Of a DNA stretch of 64,000 nucleotides, positions 1 through 8,774 are shown piece after piece (within the stretch, counting starts at the first letter, position 1; each line of letters begins with the position of its first letter). The stretch is from NCBI GenBank assembly GCA_964434715.1, contig CAYSWC010000001.1, positions 35,037 to 99,036 of the forward strand, written 5' to 3'. The position numbers and the translations under genes were made by a program. Source of the stretch: an uncultured Candidatus Saccharibacteria bacterium. GTDB taxonomy: Bacteria > Patescibacteriota > Minisyncoccia > UBA6257 > 1-14-0-10-40-38. The notes under the pieces were generated by a model that was given only the letters and a program-made list of their open reading frames with translations, was not told where the DNA came from and did not search any database.

Positions 1-9
1 CATTTTCCA

Positions 10-1011
10 TTATCTTTTTGGTTGTGGTCTGTAAATCTCCGGATCAATAGTTCGTTCAAAGCAGTGTCGGCCGGCTGGGTGACTCCAGCTTTCGGCTTGA
101 GCGCCAAATGGTCCCTCAACCGGAAAAGGAACCGCTGGTACGGCAAAACGTTCCTTGCCGCCAATCTGACTTTCTTCTGAAGACAAATTAAATTCAGCGC
201 AGAGTTCAAAAGCGAGCGCTTCGGTCGCCTGATATTCATAAGTGGCGCCGGTTTGGGGATCAAGCGGAGGCCGGAAGCCGGAAATATCATCAATCAAATC
301 ATCAAGTTTTTCCGGCAGTCTTTCTTTTTGCTGCCAGTAATTTACGATTTGCCATTGGATGGTTTGAAGATCGCCGACTTTTTGGCTGTCAAATCTTACC
401 AAACGCTGTTTGAAGGGTGAGCCGGCCACAAAAAAGCCGGCGATGATGGCTACACCAACAACCGTCGAGACTGCCCAGACAAAAATTTTGGCGCGCGGCG
501 CAAATTCATCCGGCTTTTTGCGTAGATCATAAAAGTAGTACCAAAAGACAGCGAGAGCTGTAACTAAAACCGTCAAAACTTTGAGCAAAAACCGAAGCGT
601 GAACTCGCCTTGGAGGAAATTAAAAACCAAAGCCACTAAATCGCCGATGATAAGCGCGGCCGCGGCAAAAAGCGTAAAATAAATCAGCCATTTGCGGATG
701 CGGAGTTCCGCTTTCTCCGGTGCCTTGGCAATATCGTTATTTAAAAATCGCGAGCCCCACAGGAAAACCGGAAAAATCACAATTAAAGCGGCAATCGCCC
801 AGCGCATCGAGCCGCCGGGATCATAATGAGGATTTAAAGGATCGGGGAAAGCGACATTCACGTACTCAAAAATCAGCCGGATAAAATTAAAGGCGCTGAA
901 ATAAAGCGTGATAATAGTCAAAAGATGGAGAAAGACGTCACGGGGATAAGTTTTTTGGATTTGATCCATAGATTTTTTACGAATGGACACTAATAAGTGA
1001 CTAATGGACAC
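10..1011 (-). CDS. hypothetical polytopic membrane protein
   Basis: 333 aa ORF with at least 6 hydrophobic helices in the N-terminal half and a soluble C-terminal region. No family recognised. Confidence 0.5.
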   Translation of the reverse strand: MSISHLLVSIRKKSMDQIQKTYPRDVFLHLLTIITLYFSAFNFIRLIFEYVNVAFPDPLNPHYDPGGSMRWAIAALIVIFPVFLWGSRFLNNDIAKAPEKAELRIRKWLIYFTLFAAAALIIGDLVALVFNFLQGEFTLRFLLKVLTVLVTALAVFWYYFYDLRKKPDEFAPRAKIFVWAVSTVVGVAIIAGFFVAGSPFKQRLVRFDSQKVGDLQTIQWQIVNYWQQKERLPEKLDDLIDDISGFRPPLDPQTGATYEYQATEALAFELCAEFNLSSEESQIGGKERFAVPAVPFPVEGPFGAQAESWSHPAGRHCFERTIDPEIYRPQPKR

Positions 1012-1060
1012 GAATCACGAATCCGGATTAGTGATTTGTGTCTATTCGTTCTTCTATAGT

Positions 1061-1924
1061 TTATTGATGTTCCGACTTAATTCGACCTTGTAATGTTCTT
1101 AGCTCGGCTAGCGCTCTTTGGGCCTCCTCGGCATTGGGGGGTTTGCCATGCCAGAGGTAATCGTTTTCCATAAAACTTACGCCTTTGCCGGGAATGGTGT
1201 GGGCAATGATACAGGTTGGCCGCTCGTGGATGGCAATGGCTTCATTGACGGCATCCACAAAATGGGCAATGTTGTGGCCATCAACATCTATAACGTGCCA
1301 GTTGAAAGATTCGTATTTAGCTCGCAGAGGCTCCAAGGGCATGATGTTTTCCGTATAGCCGTCAATTTGGATGTTATTTCTGTCAATCACCACTGTTAAA
1401 TTGCTCAATTTATTTTTCCCGGCAAACATTACTGCTTCCCAAGTATTGCCGGCATCATGCTCGCCGTCAGAAGTTAAACAATAGACGCGGTATTTCTTTT
1501 TATCCAATCGCGCGGCGAGCGCCACGCCAATCGCCTGCGAAATTCCAGAACCCAAGGGGCCGGAAGTGGTCTCCACCCCGGGGAGAGTAGTGCGATGCGG
1601 GTGGCCTTGAAGACGGGAATTAATTTTGCGGAGTGTTTTTAATTCCGAAATTGGGAAATAGCCCGCATGTGCCATAGTAACGTAGCGCACTGGACAGATA
1701 TGACCATTGGATAAAAGCAAGCGATCGCGATCCGGCCAGTCGGGATTCTTGGGATCATGATTTAAGATATGAAAATAAAAAGCCGTAAAAATATCAGTCA
1801 TACCCAAGGGTCCGGCCGAATGCCCGGAGCCGGCCTCAACCAGCATTGAGATAATATCTTGCCGGATTTGGTTGGCTTTTTCTTCCAAGAATTTTAGTTT
1901 TTTTTCGTGCAAGGATTCTATCAT
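1061..1924 (-). CDS. transketolase, N-terminal (thiamine-diphosphate-binding) subunit of a split enzyme
   Basis: 287 aa. Carries the GDG(E/D)xxxG-type TPP motif (CLTSDGEHDAGNTWEA) and HGKPP, as in split transketolases. Confidence 0.85.
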   Translation of the reverse strand: MIESLHEKKLKFLEEKANQIRQDIISMLVEAGSGHSAGPLGMTDIFTAFYFHILNHDPKNPDWPDRDRLLLSNGHICPVRYVTMAHAGYFPISELKTLRKINSRLQGHPHRTTLPGVETTSGPLGSGISQAIGVALAARLDKKKYRVYCLTSDGEHDAGNTWEAVMFAGKNKLSNLTVVIDRNNIQIDGYTENIMPLEPLRAKYESFNWHVIDVDGHNIAHFVDAVNEAIAIHERPTCIIAHTIPGKGVSFMENDYLWHGKPPNAEEAQRALAELRTLQGRIKSEHQ

Positions 1925-1930
1925 AAAAAT

Positions 1931-2590
1931 TTATGAAGCTGCTTTTAATAATTCTTTAAAAGAAAATGCTGGGTTGCTGCTTTGAGAAATATAAGAAGTG
2001 GAAACCGCAATGTCGGCTCCGGCTTCTTTCACTTCACGAGCTACTTCCGGATTAATACCGCCGTCTACTTCTATTTTAGCATGAGGCAACTGTTCTCTCA
2101 AAAATCTAATTTTGTTAATAACATCAGCATTAAATTCCTGATCAGAGGGGCCGGCTTTAACAGCCAGAATCTGAAAGTATTCGAAATCTTTAAAAAATGG
2201 CTTAAGTTTCTCTACCGGCGTTTCCGGCTTAATAGCGATCATAACTTGAGCGCCGTATTCTTCGCATTTTGCGAGAATTAATTCTGGATCAACTATCGCT
2301 TCCTCGTGAACAATCAACCTGCTTGCTTCGGCTTTGAGCCAGTCTTCAATAATTCTTTCTGGATTTTTCACCATTAAATGAATTTCAAAATTAATCTTCC
2401 TTAAAGGCAAATGTTCAGCTAAAAAACGACCCAAGTCAGAAGGATTGCTCCAAGTGACATTTAAGGTGAAAAGTCCGTCAGTAACATCAATATGAATCCA
2501 ACCATCCAGCGGCAAAAATTCTTTAATCATAAGTATTTTCTCCTTCACGGCACCGAAATCTGCAGCATTGATACCCGGGATAACTTGCAT
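1931..2590 (-). CDS. rpe: ribulose-phosphate 3-epimerase
   Basis: 219 aa with the HLMV and VDGGIN motifs of the RPE family. Sits in a pentose-phosphate gene cluster. Confidence 0.85.
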   Translation of the reverse strand: MQVIPGINAADFGAVKEKILMIKEFLPLDGWIHIDVTDGLFTLNVTWSNPSDLGRFLAEHLPLRKINFEIHLMVKNPERIIEDWLKAEASRLIVHEEAIVDPELILAKCEEYGAQVMIAIKPETPVEKLKPFFKDFEYFQILAVKAGPSDQEFNADVINKIRFLREQLPHAKIEVDGGINPEVAREVKEAGADIAVSTSYISQSSNPAFSFKELLKAAS

Positions 2591-2659
2591 ATACCCTATT
2601 ATACCACTTAAACAACAAAAAAACGGCTCAAGAAAACTTCATGAGCCGCAGTTGCTCTA

Positions 2660-3124
2660 TCAGAATTTTTCAATCCTCCTCTGATGACGTTCTTCTCTTG
2701 AAAAAGGAGTTTTAAGCCACAGATCTACTGCCTCTAATGCCTCTTTCTCCGCAAGAAAGCGCGCCCCCAAAGATAAAACATTGGCATCATTATGCTCTCT
2801 CGAAAGTTTTAGAATCTCCTCGCCCCTGCCCGCCGAAGCCTTGGCGGAGGCGGGGCCGTAGTAAACCGCCGCCCGCACACCTTTGTAGCGATTAGCCACC
2901 ATTGCCTCGCCTTGACCAGAACCGCCAAGAACAATTCCTCGGCTATGTTCGGGATCGTTCGCTACGGCCTCGGCGGCTTTGCGAACAAAATCCGGATAAT
3001 CATCGTCCGGATCAAGTTTATGGGCCCCGAAATCTTTAACTTCGTAGCCGGAATCAATAAGAAATTTTTTAATTTTTCCCTTGAGTTCGAAACCGGCGTG
3101 GTCAGTAGCGAGGTAGATGATCAT
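2660..3124 (-). CDS. rpiB: ribose-5-phosphate isomerase B
   Basis: N-terminus MIIYLATDHAGFELK and GSGQGEAMVANR are typical of RpiB/LacAB. The start is assigned to the second Met, not the ORF-track Met at 3145. Confidence 0.85.
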   Translation of the reverse strand: MIIYLATDHAGFELKGKIKKFLIDSGYEVKDFGAHKLDPDDDYPDFVRKAAEAVANDPEHSRGIVLGGSGQGEAMVANRYKGVRAAVYYGPASAKASAGRGEEILKLSREHNDANVLSLGARFLAEKEALEAVDLWLKTPFSREERHQRRIEKF

Positions 3125-3140
3125 ATATATTTTTTCGCAC

Positions 3141-3174
3141 AACATTCTAACATTCTCAAGAATGTTAGAATGTT
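3141..3174. repeat. near-perfect 34-bp inverted repeat AACATTCTAACATTC-TCAA-GAATGTTAGAATGTT
   Basis: Read directly from the sequence. Lies between the relE-like stop and the rpiB start, possibly at the cassette junction. Confidence 0.7.
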
Positions 3175-3293
3175 GTTGGGTTTAATTCTTTTAAAATTTC
3201 TTTTTCCAGTTTTCTCATAGCGCGAGTGTCGTTCTTTTTCCATTTTTTGTGCGGTTTGCATAAGCCACAGGTTGAATTTCGTTTTTTCATAAT

Positions 3294-3551
3294 CTAATAA
3301 GTTTTGCTAGTTCGCCGTTCAACTCTAAAAACATTAATTAGCCGCTTAGGCGGATAGATTTCATAAAAAATGCGATAAGAGCCCACTCGTCGACGCCATA
3401 CGAATTCTTCACCTTCCATCTTTTCGATATCGCCTTCGTAAGGATTAATTTCTAATTCCTTCAGTACTTCGAAGATTCGATTTCTATCTGGTTTCGGAAA
3501 TTTTCTTAATTCTTTTTTAACACGCTCAGCGACTAGTACGAGCCAGTTCAT
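3294..3551 (-). CDS. type II toxin, RelE/ParE family
   Basis: 85 aa. Has the RelE/ParE hallmarks (KFPKPDRNRI..., WRRRVGSYRIFYEI, VFRVERR). Overlaps the upstream antitoxin ORF by about 26 nt. Confidence 0.8.
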   Translation of the reverse strand: MNWLVLVAERVKKELRKFPKPDRNRIFEVLKELEINPYEGDIEKMEGEEFVWRRRVGSYRIFYEIYPPKRLINVFRVERRTSKTY

Positions 3552-3750
3552 GTCTTAACTCTTTGAGAGTAAAAAAGTCTCCGTGCGCTAATTGTCTTCT
3601 GGACTCCATTAAGGCCTTTTTTTGTACTACAGTCGGTTTAAAGGTTTTTACTTTTCTTCTACCATACAAAAGCGCCTCGTATTCTTCTCGAGGTATGAGT
3701 ATTAAATCTCCTTTTTTGGCTAATTCTTTTGGAATAGTAACTGTTGGCAT
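3526..3750 (-). CDS. putative antitoxin, possibly AbrB/MazE-like
   Basis: 74 aa basic ORF immediately upstream of and overlapping the RelE-like toxin, a classic type II TA arrangement. Family assignment is uncertain. Confidence 0.55.
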   Translation of the reverse strand: MPTVTIPKELAKKGDLILIPREEYEALLYGRRKVKTFKPTVVQKKALMESRRQLAHGDFFTLKELRHELARTSR

Positions 3751-3799
3751 ATAATCTAGTTTAACATTATTTTAATCAACAAATCAAGTTGGGCAATAT

Positions 3800-3868
3800 G
3801 ATAAGAAATTTTTTAATTTTTTCTTTAAGCTCGAAGCCGGCGTGATCCGCGGCTAAATAAATGACCAT
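3800..3868 (-). pseudogene. remnant second copy of the rpiB 5' end, encoding MVIYLAADHAGFELKEKIKKFL before an early stop
   Basis: Starts 2 nt after the gap stop codon. It shares about 75% nt identity with the functional rpiB start (3061-3124), mostly at synonymous positions. The reading frame ends after 29 codons. Confidence 0.6.
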
Positions 3869-3870
3869 AG

Positions 3871-4887
3871 TTAAACCAAGGCGGCTACATTAAGGACGTG
3901 TTTCACCAGTGTTGCTGCGTAGCCATACTCGTTGTCATACCACGAAAGAATTTTTACCAAATCGCCGTCAATGACTTTGGTAAACTGGAGGTCAACAATG
4001 GCGCCGTAGGGCTCGCCTAAAATATCCGAAGAAACCAGTTGTTCATCGCTTACTTTAAGTATTCCCTGCCAGCGCGGTTCGGCAGCGGCTTGGCGGAAGA
4101 TGTCATTAACCTCTTCCACTGTGGTTTTGCGCTTGGTCACAAAAGTAATATCAGCAATTGAACCGCTCACCACCGGCACCCTCATCGCAATGCCGTCAAA
4201 TTTGCTCTCCAGTTCTTTAATTACGCGCGTGATTGCGATGGCGGCGCCGGTAAAAGAAGGCACAATATTCTGGGCCGCCGCCCGACCGCGCCGAAAATCT
4301 TTGCCTTTGGTGGGCCCGTCAACGATATTTTGAGTGGCGGTGTAACCGTGAACCGTATTTAAGATGGCTTTTTTCACGCCCACGGTCTCGTGCATCACTT
4401 GAATCACCGGCGAGGCGGCATTGGTGGTGCAGGAAGCATTGGAACTTAAAGCAACGGTTTCAAGTTCGCCGTGATTGATGCCCATTAAGACGGTTTTGCC
4501 CTCCGTACCGTCCGGGTCTTTGGCTGGAGCCGTGATAATCACGCGCTTAGCGCCGGCTTCTAAATGCATTTTCGCTTTCTCGTATGATTCAAAAACGCCG
4601 GTTGATTCAACGACTATATCAATACCTAATTTCCCCCACGGCAATTGCGTCGGGTCTTTGATTTGAAAGAATTGAACGACTTTGCCGTCAACAACTAAAT
4701 GACCATTCTTAACTTGAACGTCTCTATTAAATCGGCCGTAAACCGTGTCGTATTTAAGCAAGTAAGCGAGATTTTCTTGATCTCCCAAGTCGTTCACGGC
4801 GACAATATCTAAATCTTTTTGGTCTAAGGCCTGACGAAAAAATATCCGTCCAATTCTTCCGAAGCCATTAATTGCGATTCTTGCCAT
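3871..4887 (-). CDS. gap: type I glyceraldehyde-3-phosphate dehydrogenase
   Basis: 338 aa with INGFGRIGR and the ASCTTN catalytic motif. Confidence 0.9.
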   Translation of the reverse strand: MARIAINGFGRIGRIFFRQALDQKDLDIVAVNDLGDQENLAYLLKYDTVYGRFNRDVQVKNGHLVVDGKVVQFFQIKDPTQLPWGKLGIDIVVESTGVFESYEKAKMHLEAGAKRVIITAPAKDPDGTEGKTVLMGINHGELETVALSSNASCTTNAASPVIQVMHETVGVKKAILNTVHGYTATQNIVDGPTKGKDFRRGRAAAQNIVPSFTGAAIAITRVIKELESKFDGIAMRVPVVSGSIADITFVTKRKTTVEEVNDIFRQAAAEPRWQGILKVSDEQLVSSDILGEPYGAIVDLQFTKVIDGDLVKILSWYDNEYGYAATLVKHVLNVAALV

Positions 4888-5284
4888 AAATTTTTTTAAC
4901 TACTAGCTCTACTTGAGCGACTCTTTGCTTAAGCTCGGCGAGTTCTTCAAGATCCGCCTTTCTGCCCAAACGGTTGGTTAAATCTTGGATTGCGTCATCA
5001 ATGCGGACTAAATATTCTCTGATTACCTTAAAATTGTTCTCCGTTCTGGTTGCGAAAATCACCAATCTCCCATCGAGATCGGCCAAATCCTGGGTGAGGG
5101 TTTTAAAATTCAAACGGGTCTCTGTCCTGAATTCGCCAGAATTATTTGCCAAATCATCAATCTTCTTATCAAGAACTACGTGGCCTTCTAAAACCAGTTC
5201 AAATTTCTTGTCAATCTGTTCAAGGAGAACGTTAGCTCTGGAACTATCCGGTGCTGTTTTAGTAAATTTAGCTTTCTTGGTCAT
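4868..5284 (-). CDS. hypothetical coiled-coil protein
   Basis: 138 aa charged helical ORF. Its end overlaps the gap start by 20 nt. No family recognised. Confidence 0.4.
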   Translation of the reverse strand: MTKKAKFTKTAPDSSRANVLLEQIDKKFELVLEGHVVLDKKIDDLANNSGEFRTETRLNFKTLTQDLADLDGRLVIFATRTENNFKVIREYLVRIDDAIQDLTNRLGRKADLEELAELKQRVAQVELVVKKIYGKNRN

Positions 5285-5292
5285 ATCTTAAA

Positions 5293-6456
5293 TTATACAC
5301 CAGCACGGCCGTGGTTCAAACTCAAGAAAACCACAAGTCCAACAGTCATCATAATAGCGCCGTAAAGAAAAGCGTAAATGGCGCCGAAAGAAGTCCAAAT
5401 ATAGCCGCCGGTAAGGCCAGCCAAAAACGAGGCTATGCCGATAGTCGCGCCTAAAAAGCCCTCGCCGCTTGCTAAAAGCCGCGACTCAACCAGTTTGCTC
5501 GCAATGGTACGGCCAATGCCGTCAGTCATAGCCGAGTACAAACCGAAAATGATAAACCCGAAAGCGATGCCGGTAAAGCTTTCCACCCGGCTTAAAACTA
5601 AATAAGAAATAATAGCGGCGATAAAGCCGCCAGCCATCACCTTGCGGCTGCCGATTTTATCGGATAGCCGGCCAAAAGGAATAGCCAGCAAGGCAAAGGA
5701 GAGGCTGTAGATTAAATACATAAGCGGGATGCCGATGCCGGTAGTATGCGTATCTTGCGCTTTAAGAAGTATTAAAGGAATAGGCATGGCGCCCAAACCA
5801 AAAAGAAAGACTGAAAGCAGGAGAATCTTAAATTTTTTAGGAAATGCTTTAAGCGAAAAACTTAAACGCGGCGGATTTAAAGGATTGGGCGGCGGCGCGC
5901 TTTTTGGTTCACGCACGAAAATAAAAAGCACCAGCACTAAAATTCCAATTAAAAACCCGATTAAAAAAAGATTTTGATAATTGTAAGCGAGAATCGGCAA
6001 AAGGATGACGGCTAAAAGCGGCCCCAAAATGCCGCCCACTTGATCCAAGGTCCGCAAATAACCAAAAGAGCCGCCGACTGCCGGTTTTTCGACTGATTCT
6101 ACGAGCAGGGCGTCGCGCGGAGATTCGCGCACGCCTTTGCCAACTCTGTCCAGCACGCGAATTCCGAAAACTTGCCAATAATTGGTCACAAAAACTAATC
6201 CTAAACGGGTAAGCAGTGAAAGGCCGTAACCGAAAACCGTAATATTCTTGCGCCGGCGAATACGATCTGAAAACCAGCCAGAGATAATTTTTAAAAAACT
6301 GGCGACGGCATCGGCAACGCCCTCAATCAAGCCCAAAACAATCGGCGGCGCGCCCAAAACGCCAACCAAAAAAGCGGGCATGACCGCGTAAATCATCTCG
6401 GCCGAAAAATCATTGAAAAGACTGACAAGGCCGAGCAAGATGACATTTTGCTTCAT
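5293..6456 (-). CDS. MFS transporter
   Basis: 387 aa with 12 predicted TM segments and the typical MFS loop motif GWFSDRIRRRK. Confidence 0.8.
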   Translation of the reverse strand: MKQNVILLGLVSLFNDFSAEMIYAVMPAFLVGVLGAPPIVLGLIEGVADAVASFLKIISGWFSDRIRRRKNITVFGYGLSLLTRLGLVFVTNYWQVFGIRVLDRVGKGVRESPRDALLVESVEKPAVGGSFGYLRTLDQVGGILGPLLAVILLPILAYNYQNLFLIGFLIGILVLVLFIFVREPKSAPPPNPLNPPRLSFSLKAFPKKFKILLLSVFLFGLGAMPIPLILLKAQDTHTTGIGIPLMYLIYSLSFALLAIPFGRLSDKIGSRKVMAGGFIAAIISYLVLSRVESFTGIAFGFIIFGLYSAMTDGIGRTIASKLVESRLLASGEGFLGATIGIASFLAGLTGGYIWTSFGAIYAFLYGAIMMTVGLVVFLSLNHGRAGV

Positions 6457-6457
6457 A

Positions 6458-6925
6458 TCAGGGGATTAAAAATTGAGCCATATCGCCGGCTTTGATTCCC
6501 AGGGCTTGGACCATGCCGGCCTTGACTTCCAAAACCCGATCCACTGGAGCGGGCGGGTAATAGATTTGGGGCGAGGAGGAATTATCCGGCGGCAGGTTTT
6601 CCGCAAAGCCAATAATCTCTTCGCCGCGAATCCAAATTATGTCAATAGAAAAAAACATGCCCTTCATCCAAAAGCCATAGCGATCCGGAGTGTCAAAAAC
6701 AAAATACATACCCTCATCGTCCTTTAATCCGGCGCGGCCAGCTAAACCCTGTAAGCGTGTCGCTTCAGTCACGGCCACTTCAACAAAAAAGATGTGCTCG
6801 CCCACGAGCACCCGCGGCGATTCAAGAATTCTTTTATCTACATCTTGATTGACTTCTGTCCCCTGCCAAAAAATCAGAGCTAAAGCTATTACAATGGTTA
6901 TTGCGAAAAAAAGTTTTTTAAGCAT
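6458..6925 (-). CDS. DUF192 domain protein
   Basis: 155 aa with an N-terminal anchor and the DUF192 core (YGFWMKGM...IDIIW). Confidence 0.7.
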   Translation of the reverse strand: MLKKLFFAITIVIALALIFWQGTEVNQDVDKRILESPRVLVGEHIFFVEVAVTEATRLQGLAGRAGLKDDEGMYFVFDTPDRYGFWMKGMFFSIDIIWIRGEEIIGFAENLPPDNSSSPQIYYPPAPVDRVLEVKAGMVQALGIKAGDMAQFLIP

Positions 6926-6928
6926 ATC

Positions 6929-7399
6929 TCAATACGTCAAATGAAACACCGCTATCCCAAACGCGACAGCGACATTCAGCGACTCTTTCCTGCCACGCAT
7001 CGGTATTTCTAAAATTTTATCAGCTTTCGCCAGAATTGTCTTGGGGAGACCCCGAACTTCGTTACCGACAATTAAACACAATCTAGAATCTAGAATATAG
7101 AATCTAGAAAGTTTATAGTACGGGATTGATTTTTTTGATTGTTCTATGGCGAAGATTTTGCAGCCATCACTTTTGAGCTTATCAATTAATTTTGATACGG
7201 AGCCAATTTTCTCCCACGGCACATAACGCTCGGCGCCGAGCGCAACCTTGGCTAACTGCGGATGAACTTTGCCAAAGCTATCCACCGGAGCCGGCGTAAT
7301 GCCGCAGAGGTAAAGTTTTTCAATGCCAGCGGCATCAGCTGTCCGGAAAATTGAACCAACGTTATGCAAACTGCGAATATTATACAAGATTGCAATCAT
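6929..7399 (-). CDS. SpoU/TrmH-family RNA 2'-O-methyltransferase
   Basis: 156 aa with SpoU motifs (IVGNEVRGLP, LNVAVAFGIAVF). Contains a TCTAGAA heptamer tract. Confidence 0.75.
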   Translation of the reverse strand: MIAILYNIRSLHNVGSIFRTADAAGIEKLYLCGITPAPVDSFGKVHPQLAKVALGAERYVPWEKIGSVSKLIDKLKSDGCKIFAIEQSKKSIPYYKLSRFYILDSRLCLIVGNEVRGLPKTILAKADKILEIPMRGRKESLNVAVAFGIAVFHLTY

Positions 7400-7453
7400 T
7401 TTTATATTTCTATATTATAGCAGGCAGTTCGTTGATTCTAAGGAGAAACGCGA

Positions 7454-8095
7454 GTGCCCTTAAAACTTGGCTTCATTGACTGGAACGGAACACTGATTGA
7501 TGACTTTTGGCTGATCTATGAGGCTACAGCAGAGCCATTTAGGACTTTTGGCCTTGAACCTCCACCGCCCGAGGTCTACCGGGAAGAAATTGAATCCAAC
7601 CGCCCCAAATTCTATCAAGACTACGGCATGCCCGCTCATAGACTTGAAGAGGCAAGAGCAATCAAACGCAGGGTGATTATGGCGCGGTGGCCGGAAACCA
7701 AACTCCGCGACGATGCCGTAGAGACGTTTAGAGCCTGCCGCGATCTCGGTCTTAAGCTCGCCATAGTGAGCGGCGAAGACCCGACGATTCTTTACCAGCA
7801 GCTCAATCGCTTCGGCATCCGGCGTTTCTTTGACTATGTAAGGGGCGGCGCCTGGCCCAAAGAAAGAGCATTTATTGAAGCCATAACGCTCTTCGGCTTG
7901 CGTCCGGAAGAAGCTTTCGCGGTTGAGGATTTGGGAGTAGCTATAGAGATGGCGAAACTGGTTGATCTCACTACCTTTGGCTTGGTTAATGGCCATTCAA
8001 CTCGCGCGCGTATCACTGCCGCTGAACCCAACTTCGTCATAGAAACGCTCTCCGAAATACCTCCGATCGTCGCCCGAATCAATCAGGGGCGATAA
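7454..8095 (+). CDS. HAD-superfamily hydrolase, phosphatase-like
   Basis: 213 aa. HAD motif I is variant (FIDWNGTL, Asn at the second Asp position), followed by a SGED-type motif. GC is slightly above its surroundings. Confidence 0.65.
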   Translation: MPLKLGFIDWNGTLIDDFWLIYEATAEPFRTFGLEPPPPEVYREEIESNRPKFYQDYGMPAHRLEEARAIKRRVIMARWPETKLRDDAVETFRACRDLGLKLAIVSGEDPTILYQQLNRFGIRRFFDYVRGGAWPKERAFIEAITLFGLRPEEAFAVEDLGVAIEMAKLVDLTTFGLVNGHSTRARITAAEPNFVIETLSEIPPIVARINQGR

Positions 8096-8106
8096 CCGTC
8101 TTCTCT

Positions 8107-8133
8107 CAAGGCCGTGTAAAACGGCCTTTTTTT
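8107..8133 (+). terminator. rho-independent terminator (AAGGCCG-loop-CGGCCTT followed by T7)
   Basis: Hairpin plus U-run immediately after the HAD gene stop. Confidence 0.6.
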
Positions 8134-8143
8134 CTGGTATAAT
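8134..8143 (+). promoter_or_regulatory. extended -10 promoter TGGTATAAT, start codon about 7 nt downstream (leaderless candidate)
   Basis: TGnTATAAT match read from the sequence. The ATG of the next gene follows with no room for an SD. Coordinates are +/-1. Confidence 0.4.
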
Positions 8144-8149
8144 TAGCTT

Positions 8150-8563
8150 ATGCTTAAACTCTTAAAATTTTTATTTTCTCTAATACTGATTGCGGTTATC
8201 GCCGTTATTGTGGTTTATTTTCTGCCGGGGACGACTAAAGAGAAAATCCTTACACGGGCAACGGGCATAATACCGGAAGAAATAAGAGAAAAAGTAAAAG
8301 AAAAAACTGAAGAACTGATTTTAACGCCGCCGGAGCAGAGAGAGAAACTCATTGCCCAACTGGAGGATAAAATCACGCGCCTGCGTGAGACCTCGCCTAC
8401 TCCCGCGGTTCACACAATAATTCAAGAAACCGAAAGCGTGATTGCCAAACTTAAAGAAAAAAATGACGACGCCTCTTTAACCAGCATCGTCACTCAAAAA
8501 ATCGTAGAACAGTTCATTGGCGAAGAAAAACAAACCTCCGAAGAAACTCGGTGCCTAAATTAA
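8150..8563 (+). CDS. hypothetical membrane-anchored charged protein
   Basis: 137 aa with an N-terminal TM helix, then a K/E-rich helical region. Confidence 0.45.
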   Translation: MLKLLKFLFSLILIAVIAVIVVYFLPGTTKEKILTRATGIIPEEIREKVKEKTEELILTPPEQREKLIAQLEDKITRLRETSPTPAVHTIIQETESVIAKLKEKNDDASLTSIVTQKIVEQFIGEEKQTSEETRCLN

Positions 8564-8566
8564 AAT

Positions 8567-8606
8567 GTTGACATTATAAATGATTAATCATTTATAGTGT
8601 CGACAA
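8567..8606. repeat. 40-bp dyad containing the perfect 22-bp palindrome TATAAATGATTAATCATTTATA
   Basis: Read from the sequence, flanked by the near-complementary pair TGTTGACA / TGTCGACA. Lies between convergent gene ends. Confidence 0.65.
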
Positions 8607-8627
8607 TTGGGGGTTACAATAGTCTGG

Positions 8628-8774
8628 GGAAAACTTTTCTTTTCCTCGAAACCTCCGCAGCCGCGAGAGCATGGTCCGCCGTTACACTGCGGAGCAGCCG
8701 GCGGTCGAGCGGCGAGGACAAGCGAGCGAGTCGCTGGACGAGCGAAGCGGGTTGAGAGAAAAGAAAAGTTTTCC
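8628..8774. repeat. GC-rich ~110-bp segment bounded by perfect 17-bp inverted repeats GGAAAACTTTTCTTTTC / GAAAAGAAAAGTTTTCC
   Basis: Read from the sequence. Internal stems include CTCCGCAG...CTGCGGAG. About 65% GC inside AT-rich DNA. Could be a structured RNA or a MITE-like element. Confidence 0.4.

Noticed and set aside
1118-1399. 93-aa plus-strand ORF inside the transketolase gene
   Set aside because: Antisense to a well-supported conserved CDS. No motifs. Typical overlapping artefact.
7460-8082. Minus-strand ORFs (178 aa and 82 aa) antisense to the HAD hydrolase gene
   Set aside because: The HAD frame shows clear family motifs. Antisense frames are open only because of the locally elevated GC.
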